DNA from: an uncultured Acidobacteriaceae bacterium
GTDB taxonomy: Bacteria > Acidobacteriota > Terriglobia > Terriglobales > Acidobacteriaceae
Assembly: GCA_963749275.1 (NCBI GenBank)
Contig: CAVVNA010000017.1
Location: 5,098 to 69,097, forward strand
DNA length: 64,000 nucleotides
Reading direction: 5' to 3'
Shown here: one piece after another, positions 7,251 to 15,769 of the stretch
Layout of the letters: each line of letters begins with the position of its first letter
How positions within the stretch are numbered: position 1 is the first letter of the stretch
Made by a program: the position numbers and the translations under genes
The notes under the pieces: generated by a model
The model's database searches: none
Told to the model about the DNA's origin: nothing
The model's input: only the letters and a program-made list of their open reading frames with translations

Positions 7251-10200
7251 ATGCCAGGATTTTCAATTCGTAATCCGTACTTCATCATCGTGATCTGCCT
7301 GACCCTCCTGGTCATCGGTGTGACCAGTCTGTCGCGGATGCCGGTCGATTTATTCCCGCCGATTAACCTGCCCGAAGTCGTAGTGGCCACGTTCTACACG
7401 GGCATGCCGCCCGAGGATATTGAATTCGATATTACCGATCCTCTGGAGCGCTTCTTCACGCTGGCTGCAGGCGTCGACCACATGGAGTCGCGCTCCATGT
7501 TGGGCGTCAGCATTATTCGCGTCTACTTCCAGCCCGGAACCAATGCCGATACCGACGTAAGTGAACTGTCAAACCTCGCTCTCGCCGACTTGAAGCGCTT
7601 GCCGCCGGGGACCCTGCCTCCGGTGGTGCTCAAATTCGATGCCTCCAGCTTGCCGGTGGCGCTGGTTACGGTGAAAGGCGAGGGACTGAACGAAACTCAG
7701 CTTCACGACTACGCCCAGTTCCAGATTCGCAACCAGATCGCGGTTGTGCCAGGCGCCGAAATTCCAGGCGTGTTCGGCGGAATCTACCGCCAAATCATGG
7801 TCTACGTGGATCCCTACAAATTGCAGTCCCGTCAATTGAGTGTGATGGACGTAGTGGGCGCGGTCAACGATTCCAATCTGATCCTGCCTGCGGGCGACGT
7901 AAAGATGGGACCGTACGATTACTTCGTTTACTCCAACAGCCTGGTTGACGACATGGACCAACTGGGCAAGGTGCCGCTCAAGGTCAAGGGAAACTCCTGG
8001 GTGACGGTGAACGACGTAGGCAAAGCGGAGGACGCTCACCAAATTCAATACAACATCGTGCGCATCGATGGCCAAAGATCCGCCTACATTCCCATCATGA
8101 AGCAGGGTGGCGATACCAACACCATCGCGGTGGTGGACGGTGTCCGCCAACTGATCAAGCATCTCTACGACATTCCCCAGCAGATGAAGACCAGCGTTGT
8201 CTTTGACCAGTCGGTGTACGTGAAAGAAGCCATCCGCACCGTATTGCACGAGGGCTTTCTGGGGCTGATCCTTACTAGCTTGATGATCCTCATCTTTCTG
8301 GGGAGCTTCCGCGCCACATCGGCTGTGCTCCTCTCCATTCCTATATCCGCGCTGGCCGCGTTTGTGGTGCTGGCTCTGATGGGTGGGACGGTGAATACGA
8401 TGATCCTGGGAGGAATGGCGCTGGCTTTTTCGCGCGTGATCGACAATTCCGTCATTTCACTCGAGAACATTTATCGCCATTTGGAAATGGGAGCCGTCCC
8501 CATGATCGCCGCCGAGGCCGGCGGGGCGGAAGTAAACCTGGCCATATTGGCCGCCACCCTGGTGGACGTGGTCGATTTTTTCCCGGTCGTTTTTCTATAT
8601 GGCGTTGCCAAATTTCTCTTTTCGGCGCTGGCACTGGCTTTTTGTTTGTCGCTGCTGGCTTCGTTTGTGGTGGCGATGACGGTGATTCCTTTATTCTGCT
8701 CGCGTTTCCTGAAGGCGGTGCCTCACGTTCCGAAGCCGGCTAAGGAGAATGAGTATGAGATCGAACCCACGGAGGCAGGCGGTGACTCCTGGATGGAGCG
8801 GTTCAATGCCCGCTTCAACCGGATGTTTAATAAGGTCCTCGACTACTACGAATACTGGGTTCGACGGGCGCTGCAACGTCCTGGGCTCACGGTGGTGGTG
8901 CTGAGCGGGGTGTTCCTCGCCAGCTTGGCGATTTATCCGCTGCTCGGGTTGGCGTTTTTCCCCAAGACCGATGCCGGCCAGTTCACGATCAATCTCAAGG
9001 TACCCACTGGCACCCGCATCGAGATCGCGAACCAATACGTCGCGAAGGTGGAAGATTTGATCCGGCAGGAGGTAGAACCAAAGGACTTCAAGCGCATTGT
9101 CTCCAACATTGGGGTAGTCCCGGACTTTTCCTCGCTCTACACCACTAACTCTGGGCCCTATACCGCAACCGTCCAAGTGGCGCTCAACGAACCGCACCGG
9201 CTCAGCAGTTTTGAGTACATGGACCGGGTGCAGAAGGCAATGGAGAGCCAGTTTCCCGATATTCGCACATTCTTTTCCAGTGGTTCGATGGTCAACGCGA
9301 TTCTGAATCAGGGCGCGCCAGCCCCCCTTGACGTGCAGGTTAGCAGCCCTGATCTGGACCAGATCTATGGCATCGCGCAGAACTTGGCCAATCGCTTTCG
9401 CGAACTGCCGGGCGTCGGCCAAGTCTACATTCCGCAAGACATGAACTACCCGACTCTGCGGCTCGACGTGGATCGCGTGCACGCGGGCGAGTTGGGCCTG
9501 ACGCAAAAAGACGTGGTGGATAACGTGATCACTGCGCTCAATTCCAACTACATGATCGCCCCCAATTATTGGGTTGATCGCAAGAGCGGAAACGACTACT
9601 ACCTCACCGTGCAGTTTTTTGAGCAGGGCGCCGCCGCCATTCACAACATGCTCGATCTGGGACAGATTCCCCTGCGAGATCCTGCAAGCGGAGCGGATAT
9701 GAGCTGCGGCCCCGCGGGCCCCCGCCCGCCACGGCCCGGAACCGCCCACACTTCTTGGGCGTGTGGTGGACAAGGCAGGACCACGGTCCTCAAAAATGTT
9801 GTGAATGTCAAACAAATCCTGACGCCGACGGAAGTGGACCACTATCAAATTCAGCGTGCTATCGATGTCTTCATTACCCCCAAAGGGGAAGATCTGGGGC
9901 GCATCAGGAGCGCCGTGCAGGATATTCTGGCCAAAGAAAAGATTCCCAGCAACGTCCGCGTGAATTTGCGCGGCATGGTACAAGGCATGGAAGCTTCATT
10001 CAAGAGCTTTGCGCTGGGATTTCTGATTTCGTTTCTGCTGCTCTTCCTGATTCTGACGGCGCAGTTCAAGTCGTTCATCGATCCTTTCCTGATCATGCTC
10101 GCGATTCCCATGGGATTTATCGGCGTCTTGATCATCCTGCCGCTCACAGGCAGCACACTGAACGTGATGTCGCTGATGGGAGTACTGATGCTGGTCGGTA

Positions 10201-10532
10201 TCGCCGACTCCAACAGCATTCTCATCGTTGATTTTGCGCACAACCTGGAGAAGCAAGGGCTCTCCCCGGCTGACGCAGTCATTACCGCGTGCCGGGTTCG
10301 CCTGCGGCCGATCTTGATGACCTCGCTCGCCACGATTATTGGCATGATTCCCATGGCGATGAAGCTGGGCACAGGTGCGGAGCAGTATTCGCCGATGGCC
10401 AAGGCCATTATCGGCGGCCTGACTTCGTCGGTTCTGCTGACTATTTTTATCGTGCCGGCGGCGTATTTGCTGGTCTACGGCAAGCGCGGCGCGAAGGCTG
10501 CGGAGAATCCGGCGCCGGAGCCGGCGGAATGA
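7251..10532 (+). CDS. RND efflux transporter permease (AcrB/HAE1-like)
   Basis: 1093-aa ORF starting 'MPGFSIRNPYFIIVICLTLLVIGVTSL..MPVDLFP'; 12-TM layout with two large periplasmic loops; 'FRATSAVLLSIPISALAAF' and 'ADSNSILIVDFA' TM4/TM10-like segments. Confidence 0.9.
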   Translation: MPGFSIRNPYFIIVICLTLLVIGVTSLSRMPVDLFPPINLPEVVVATFYTGMPPEDIEFDITDPLERFFTLAAGVDHMESRSMLGVSIIRVYFQPGTNADTDVSELSNLALADLKRLPPGTLPPVVLKFDASSLPVALVTVKGEGLNETQLHDYAQFQIRNQIAVVPGAEIPGVFGGIYRQIMVYVDPYKLQSRQLSVMDVVGAVNDSNLILPAGDVKMGPYDYFVYSNSLVDDMDQLGKVPLKVKGNSWVTVNDVGKAEDAHQIQYNIVRIDGQRSAYIPIMKQGGDTNTIAVVDGVRQLIKHLYDIPQQMKTSVVFDQSVYVKEAIRTVLHEGFLGLILTSLMILIFLGSFRATSAVLLSIPISALAAFVVLALMGGTVNTMILGGMALAFSRVIDNSVISLENIYRHLEMGAVPMIAAEAGGAEVNLAILAATLVDVVDFFPVVFLYGVAKFLFSALALAFCLSLLASFVVAMTVIPLFCSRFLKAVPHVPKPAKENEYEIEPTEAGGDSWMERFNARFNRMFNKVLDYYEYWVRRALQRPGLTVVVLSGVFLASLAIYPLLGLAFFPKTDAGQFTINLKVPTGTRIEIANQYVAKVEDLIRQEVEPKDFKRIVSNIGVVPDFSSLYTTNSGPYTATVQVALNEPHRLSSFEYMDRVQKAMESQFPDIRTFFSSGSMVNAILNQGAPAPLDVQVSSPDLDQIYGIAQNLANRFRELPGVGQVYIPQDMNYPTLRLDVDRVHAGELGLTQKDVVDNVITALNSNYMIAPNYWVDRKSGNDYYLTVQFFEQGAAAIHNMLDLGQIPLRDPASGADMSCGPAGPRPPRPGTAHTSWACGGQGRTTVLKNVVNVKQILTPTEVDHYQIQRAIDVFITPKGEDLGRIRSAVQDILAKEKIPSNVRVNLRGMVQGMEASFKSFALGFLISFLLLFLILTAQFKSFIDPFLIMLAIPMGFIGVLIILPLTGSTLNVMSLMGVLMLVGIADSNSILIVDFAHNLEKQGLSPADAVITACRVRLRPILMTSLATIIGMIPMAMKLGTGAEQYSPMAKAIIGGLTSSVLLTIFIVPAAYLLVYGKRGAKAAENPAPEPAE

Positions 10533-10597
10533 GGCAGAAACATCCCGCTTCCTGTAGCCGCTTAGAGACGCACGCCGCACATCAGTGAACGCACATC

Positions 10598-12145
10598 ATG
10601 AGGTCGAGAGGTAACCCGATGACAAGGGCCAATGCTTTCGTATTCTGCACGCTGCTGTTATTTCTATGTGCGATTCTTGCCCCGCCCGGCATAGCGCAAG
10701 GCGCTGACAAATCGGAGGCAGCCGAAAACTTACCTTCCGCCCCGCAGCCGCAAATCGCGCAAACCCGGAGTCCTATCGTTGGGCCTCCAGTGACTCAAGT
10801 GGCGTTAGTCGCCAGCTTCCCGCATGGAGCCGGGTCACAGACCGCTTCCTCCGCTGGCCCTCAAACGCAGCAGGCGGGTCAAGTGCCGGGCGGATCCATG
10901 CGTTTGACCCGCACCCAGGCAGAACAGGTAGCGATCAAGAACAATCCACGGATCAGTGTGGGGCGCCTGCTGGCGCTGGCACAACATCAGGTCTATCGCG
11001 AGACCAGGTCGGCAGAACTCCCGAATTTTAATGGCGCAATGACGGCAGTCGATGCTAATGAAGGCAGCCGGATAGGCGCGGGAGCGCTCACTGCGTCTCG
11101 CTTGCTTGAACACGCCGGCGCTGGGGTAACCCTCAGCCAACTCATCACCGATTTCGGACGCACCATCAACCTGGTGTCCTCTTCAAAGCTCCTGGAGAAG
11201 GCCCAAAATGCCAATGCATTGGCCACCACCGAAGATATAGTTCTGGCTACGGATCAGGCCTTTTACAACGCGCTGCAGGCCGAAGCACTGCTCAAAGTCG
11301 CTCAACAAACCGTGACCACGCGCGGGTCAGTAGAGCATCAAATCGACGAACTGACCAAGAACAAGCTGAAATCAACGCTGGATCTGGCCTTTGCCCAGGT
11401 GAATCTGTCGCAGGCCAAGCTGCTGCAACTCGACGCACAGAACAATGTCGATTCGACCGTTGCCGCGCTCACGGCAGTGCTTGGCTTCGACAAACAGGTT
11501 TCTTACGAGTTGAGCGATGAGGATACGCAACCGCCGCCGCCGCCGCCGGATGTGGACGTGCTCATCAATACCGCCTTGCAGCAACGTCCGGATCTGCAGG
11601 CGTTTACCTATGATCAACAGGCAGCGGAAAAGTTCCGCCGCGCCCAGCACGAACAGCTCTTCCCAACCATCAGCACTCTCGGCATAGCGGGAGTGACTCC
11701 GGTGCGTCCGGACTGCACCAGCGCCGGCTGCTTTCCCAACTATTTCGTTTCCAGCTTGTACGGCGCAATCGGCGTGAATATGAGCATCCCAATTTTTAAC
11801 GGCTTTCTCTTCACGGCGCAGGCTTCGGAAGCTAATTACCGGGCAAAAGCTGCAGCCGAGAGCACACGGGATCTGCGCGACCGGGTAGTGCGCGATGTGC
11901 GCACGGCATGGCTATCCACGAATACGGCCTTTCAGCGCGTCGGCGTGGCTGCGGAACTCGCCAAGGAAGCCGACCTGGGGTTGAGTCTCGCCCAGAGCCG
12001 TTATCAGCTCGGCTTGGGCTCAATCGTCGAACTCAGTCAGGCACAGTTGCAGCAAACCGATGCCGCCATTGGCTATGTCAACGCCCAGTACCAGTATCGG
12101 CTCTCGCTTTCAACTCTGAACTTTGAGATTGGAGTGAAACCATGA
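10598..12145 (+). CDS. TolC-family outer membrane efflux protein (OMF)
   Basis: Signal peptide (alternative start 10619 'MTRANAFVFCTLLLFLCAILAPPGIAQG'); two repeated OEP halves with 'LTRTQAEQVAIKNNPRI' and 'ALQQRPDLQA'; C-terminal 'YVNAQYQYRLSLSTLNFEIG'; third gene of the MFP-RND-OMF operon. Confidence 0.85.
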   Translation: MRSRGNPMTRANAFVFCTLLLFLCAILAPPGIAQGADKSEAAENLPSAPQPQIAQTRSPIVGPPVTQVALVASFPHGAGSQTASSAGPQTQQAGQVPGGSMRLTRTQAEQVAIKNNPRISVGRLLALAQHQVYRETRSAELPNFNGAMTAVDANEGSRIGAGALTASRLLEHAGAGVTLSQLITDFGRTINLVSSSKLLEKAQNANALATTEDIVLATDQAFYNALQAEALLKVAQQTVTTRGSVEHQIDELTKNKLKSTLDLAFAQVNLSQAKLLQLDAQNNVDSTVAALTAVLGFDKQVSYELSDEDTQPPPPPPDVDVLINTALQQRPDLQAFTYDQQAAEKFRRAQHEQLFPTISTLGIAGVTPVRPDCTSAGCFPNYFVSSLYGAIGVNMSIPIFNGFLFTAQASEANYRAKAAAESTRDLRDRVVRDVRTAWLSTNTAFQRVGVAAELAKEADLGLSLAQSRYQLGLGSIVELSQAQLQQTDAAIGYVNAQYQYRLSLSTLNFEIGVKP

Positions 12146-12282
12146 ACCCCGTCCGGCGATTGGACGGAGGATGCGCCGGCGCGCAGTTGCGGCAGACGCA
12201 GGCGCAAATTGCCAACGCGCAGGCGAGCTATGATTGCCGGCTCGCCCTGGCAGTCCTGCAATATCAGACGACCGGCTTCTAG
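12142..12282 (+). pseudogene. orphan C-terminal fragment of a second TolC-family OMF gene
   Basis: 46-codon ORF (below the track cutoff) whose ATG overlaps the OMF stop (ATGA); 'AQLRQTQAQIANAQASYDCRLALAVLQYQTTGF-stop' is the typical last helix and turn of OMF proteins; no upstream body. Confidence 0.5.
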
Positions 12283-12390
12283 ATAGATCCTGGTTTTGAA
12301 AAAGGACGTGATCGTTGCGAGCAGTGCCCGTGGGGTTGCCATAGCGCGAAACCGGTCGGCAGGCTCGCGGGACGTCAAGTGGTGCAATTC

Positions 12391-12528
12391 ATGAAGACAC
12401 GGAAGAAACAATCATCCTTTACGACACGCCAAGGAGTGCTACTCCTTTTTGTACTCGGTACCTTTTTTTTCATTGTGTTTTATTTGGTCTATTACGTCCA
12501 GGCAAAGTTAGGTTGGTCGCTGCGGTAG
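12391..12528 (+). CDS. possible 45-aa single-TM micro-protein
   Basis: ATG ORF 'MKTRKKQSSFTTRQGVLLLFVLGTFFFIVFYLVYYVQAKLGWSLR' (basic N-terminus plus one hydrophobic helix) in an otherwise empty AT-rich spacer; no clear SD. Confidence 0.25.
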   Translation: MKTRKKQSSFTTRQGVLLLFVLGTFFFIVFYLVYYVQAKLGWSLR

Positions 12529-12866
12529 CAACGTCCGCCTGCTTTCTTGTGGAAGCTGGCCTGTAGTGAGCGGTTGTATGATTTGAATATCACTAGTCTC
12601 TTTGGTAGAGGTATTGGTCGCGATCTTCGCGCTGGAGCGAAGCCTGATCTGCCTCGCGTTCGTAGCCGCAACGGTCGTGATGTTTGGCGTGTTGACGGTC
12701 GCTCAGCGGAGGTACCTCGTTTCAGGGAATGCGGCTCAGAACCGCTAACAGCAAGATGCACGGACGTGAGAACAATGGCAAAGGATCTCGAAGTCGGACT
12801 CGGGGCGCCCGTGGGAACAGCCGCTCAAAAGTGCATTCCGGTTTTACCGGTTAAGAACATTTAGAC

Positions 12867-13124
12867 ATGATCCCATTTTTCTTATATCTCGCTGCGGGAG
12901 CTGTTACAGGATTTCACGTTTACACTTTGCTGATGTTGGCCGTTTTAGGCGTTCCCGTGAACCCGCTCGAATTTGTTTCTCTGGCGGGCTCGTTGGGTCT
13001 ATTTATTGCCGCTTATTTAAGCCTTTTGAAGCCAAATGCGGCGGCGCGACTTGCTCTACTCGCTTCGCTGGCAATATGGTGCTTTTATGGTCCAGCCATT
13101 GTCCGCGCTGCCGACTGGTTCTGA
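12867..13124 (+). CDS. small integral membrane protein (three predicted TM helices)
   Basis: 85-aa hydrophobic ORF; same reading frame as 13131..13715, separated only by TGA plus two codons. Confidence 0.45.
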   Translation: MIPFFLYLAAGAVTGFHVYTLLMLAVLGVPVNPLEFVSLAGSLGLFIAAYLSLLKPNAAARLALLASLAIWCFYGPAIVRAADWF

Positions 13125-13130
13125 ACTCGA

Positions 13131-13715
13131 ATGATACTGCCATATCTGGCAACAGGGCTGTTGGTACTGGTCACCTTGTACTCCGCCGTAGTGAGTTTTC
13201 AGCGACAGCGAGATGGCAGTGCTCCAACCTGGATCTTTCCGAACGGAACCGAACGATCCACGCAAATAGCTGTTGGCATCTTCACACTCGCACTCTTGCT
13301 CGGCCTGGCAGCATGGCTTGCCATCGATGCCCGGCATTCCATTCGTCACTCTTCGCGCTTTCTCATTCCTGAAGGGTACATAGGCTGGGTGCGAGTCGAA
13401 TTCCAAGTTCCTAGTGCTCTCCCATTGCCTGTCGAGGGAGGAGAGCATCTATTCAAGTTTCCGCCCTCCGGCTTATTAAGGACGTCTTCATCAGAACAAT
13501 ACGGATGGGCCAAGGACCACTACTTCTACTATTCCGAAAAGGGTACGCGGATATTGCGTGATACGGGTCCAAGTAGTGAGCGCCTAATCTGGGGAAAAAT
13601 CAACGGTGAGGAGTCTGGTTCGCAGGGCAAGAGAAAGTATGAGGAATTCTTCGTCGGAACGGAGCAGCAATTTCGAGAGCAGAGCATCGGTTCTCCGGAA
13701 ACTCCGGCGAAATGA
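13131..13715 (+). CDS. membrane protein with soluble C-terminal domain, function unknown
   Basis: 194-aa ORF; two TM helices, then 'FLIPEGYIGWVRVEFQVPSALPLPVEGGEHLFKFPPSGLLRTSS'. Confidence 0.5.
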   Translation: MILPYLATGLLVLVTLYSAVVSFQRQRDGSAPTWIFPNGTERSTQIAVGIFTLALLLGLAAWLAIDARHSIRHSSRFLIPEGYIGWVRVEFQVPSALPLPVEGGEHLFKFPPSGLLRTSSSEQYGWAKDHYFYYSEKGTRILRDTGPSSERLIWGKINGEESGSQGKRKYEEFFVGTEQQFREQSIGSPETPAK

Positions 13716-13865
13716 AATGAGAACATGGCGGTCGCGAGGAGCGCGCTGAAGATAGCCTCGCCGACGGAGGTTGCAGAGAGGCTTAGGCCAGGCTTTTGTG
13801 CCACATGCTCAGTTTTCTAGCGGCACCAGATACTAAACAAACTACTCCATCTCAAACGCCAGCCA

Positions 13866-14539
13866 CTAAAATCCTCGTCCGCGTTCCACCTGCAGTACGA
13901 CCGGATCGTGCGGCTTGATCTGGTCCAGAGCCGCACGGAGAGAGCTCAAAGAGTCGATCGATGTCTGGTTCACGCTGTGGATAACATCTCCAGTCTCCAG
14001 GCCAGTCGCGGAACTCATGACGTCCGCTACTCGTGCTACTACGACAACTCCAGAACGATTACGTAGCGTACCCACCATGGAACGCACCTCATCGTTCAAA
14101 TCGAGCGCCAGTACACCCAGCCGAGAAACCAGCTTTCACGCGAATTGACTAAATCAGGCAGAGCATCCATCGGATCTTTCATCTCAAGCGCGGGGATGAA
14201 AAGTGTTTTCCGTTCAGTCCCCCGAAGAACTTCGAGCTTAATCACTTCATCTAAAGGATGGAGATAGAGAGCGGCGGTCAATGCCGGCAGCGTGGCGATG
14301 AGGCGGCCATCAGCGCTGACTACAATATCCCCGACCTTCAGGCCAGCCGCCTCAGCAGGACCTCCCGGCATCACGTCATCGATTACGACCCCCCAATTTT
14401 GCGCAAGCCCCAATCCTTTGGCGAGGCTCTCCGTGATAGTTTGCGCGCCTGCTTTGACCTCGATGCGATGCACGTGACCGCCTCCTCGGATAACCATTTT
14501 CTGCGCGCATTTTCCCGGCAGGTGTTTCTCAGAAGCCAT
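13866..14539 (-). pseudogene. HtrA/DegP-type protease remnant: PDZ1+PDZ2 only, 5'-truncated and frameshifted
   Basis: ORF 14096..14539 has PDZ1 'TESLAKGLGL..GVVIDDVMPGGPAEAAGLKVGDIVVSADG'. ORF 13866..14099 has PDZ2 'GVVVVARV..SATGLETGDVIHSVNQTSIDSLSSLRAAL' in another frame. The frames switch near 14125-14140 ('LVSRLGVLALDLNDEV' continues in the second frame). No trypsin-like domain (GNSGGPL) occurs upstream on this strand. Confidence 0.6.
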
Positions 14540-14642
14540 TGCGTTGGGATTGGAGTCGCACCTCGTTCGTCTCTACGCGGCCTCCATTCCGCGCCCGGTG
14601 CGCCGTGACGTGCCAGGCGCAAAAGCGATACACTCTGCTTTC

Positions 14643-15392
14643 ATGCTGCGTTCCCGTTTCTTCGGGGCAACACTTGCGTTCCCGGTTTGCGCGATTCTAT
14701 CCTGCGCGATTTTGTCGCCGACGCTGAGCCACGCGTCGAAAAAGAAAGAGTTGCCCGCCGTGCGCTGGACCGCGGGCGCGCCCGGTTGCACATTCGAACG
14801 CGGCGATGACGGACGCTACCGCTGGACGATGACCGGGAAAGACCTCACCGTCACGCTTCTCGTGGATTCTCAGGAACTGACAAAGAGCCGCCGCCGTTTC
14901 TATCACCTCCTCGGCGTATACGTGGCTGTCACTTACACCGGTCAGGACAAATTTGAGTTTCCCGCTGACCTGCGGATCGACTTCGTTCGTCATCACGACG
15001 TTCTTGAGGGCTTTGAAGATCCCACAGAACTCTCCAACAAATTGCAGAACGACGTCGATACCGAGATCTTCCAAACCGAGCGCCAGATCAAGAAGAATCC
15101 CAAGATCGCCGAAGAAAAAACAGCTCGCTTGCGAGAGTACCAGAAGGAAGCGGCCGAGTTCATCGAGTTTCTAAGCACGCAAAGCCTCGATCCCAACACA
15201 GTGATGCTGAGCCCAGGCAATCCCGAAGCCCACGGCTGGGTCTTCTTCGCGACCAGCAACAAATGGATCGGGCCGTGGAAAGAGCGGGAGGATTTTATTG
15301 TCGGGGTCTGGATGAAAGACAAAGTCTGGCAATTTCCCTTTTCGCTGCCACCGACGGAAGGCGACCTGATCCTGCGAAAGCCGCCCGAGTAA
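14643..15392 (+). CDS. secreted hypothetical protein
   Basis: Internal ATG gives signal peptide 'MLRSRFFGATLAFPVCAILSCAILSPTLSHA' (longest ORF from 14544); 250 codons with protein-like composition. Confidence 0.6.
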   Translation: MLRSRFFGATLAFPVCAILSCAILSPTLSHASKKKELPAVRWTAGAPGCTFERGDDGRYRWTMTGKDLTVTLLVDSQELTKSRRRFYHLLGVYVAVTYTGQDKFEFPADLRIDFVRHHDVLEGFEDPTELSNKLQNDVDTEIFQTERQIKKNPKIAEEKTARLREYQKEAAEFIEFLSTQSLDPNTVMLSPGNPEAHGWVFFATSNKWIGPWKEREDFIVGVWMKDKVWQFPFSLPPTEGDLILRKPPE

Positions 15393-15436
15393 GTGGCCGC
15401 GAACGCGCCAGAAAATTGTGTTACAGTTTCGTGCTC

Positions 15437-15610
15437 ATGGAAACTTCCCCGAAAGCAGCGCCAGAAGCCAAGAAACCCGCAGTGGTTTTCTACTGCCCAG
15501 TTTGCGCCGTGGAAGTCAGCGATCCCCTGACCTGCGGCGATTGCTCGGCCGTCATCTGCCGCCGTTGCGGAACGCCGCTGGAATCGTCGGATGAGCTGGG
15601 CATGGGGTAG
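15437..15610 (+). CDS. small zinc-ribbon protein (57 aa)
   Basis: 'FYCPVCAVEVSDPLTCGDCSAVICRRCGTPLE': three CxxC pairs; the longest ORF (15263) overlaps the previous gene, so the internal ATG is preferred. Confidence 0.45.
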   Translation: METSPKAAPEAKKPAVVFYCPVCAVEVSDPLTCGDCSAVICRRCGTPLESSDELGMG

Positions 15611-15737
15611 ATCAGTCGTTGGTCGTTGGTCGTTAGTCGTTGGCAACACCCACAGCGTCTACCGATAGCGAGCTGCGACGATTGGCCAACGACGAATGGC
15701 GAACGACCAACGACCAACGACCAGCGACCAACGACTC
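15611..15737. repeat. long imperfect inverted repeat built from tandem heptamers (GTCGTTG)n / (CAACGAC)n
   Basis: 15615-15634 pairs perfectly (20 bp) with 15702-15721 and 15636-15644 (9 bp) with 15685-15693; 40-nt loop; extra CAGCGAC CAACGAC units to 15735; lies between the zinc-ribbon gene stop and the permease start. Confidence 0.85.
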
Positions 15738-15769
15738 CATCTGCGGATGCATAACTCACCGGCTACTGA

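Noticed and set aside
8691-9983. 430-aa minus-strand ORF (and 6203..7042, 7569..8249, 9851..10580) inside the efflux operon
   Set aside because: These are shadow ORFs antisense to clearly recognisable MFP and RND genes, with His/Arg/Gly-rich composition.
13122-13185. The in-frame TGA between the two membrane ORFs as a selenocysteine codon
   Set aside because: Only a weak 4-bp hairpin (GCCA/TGGC) follows, which is not SECIS-like. A Sec in a hydrophobic membrane segment with no redox motif is implausible.
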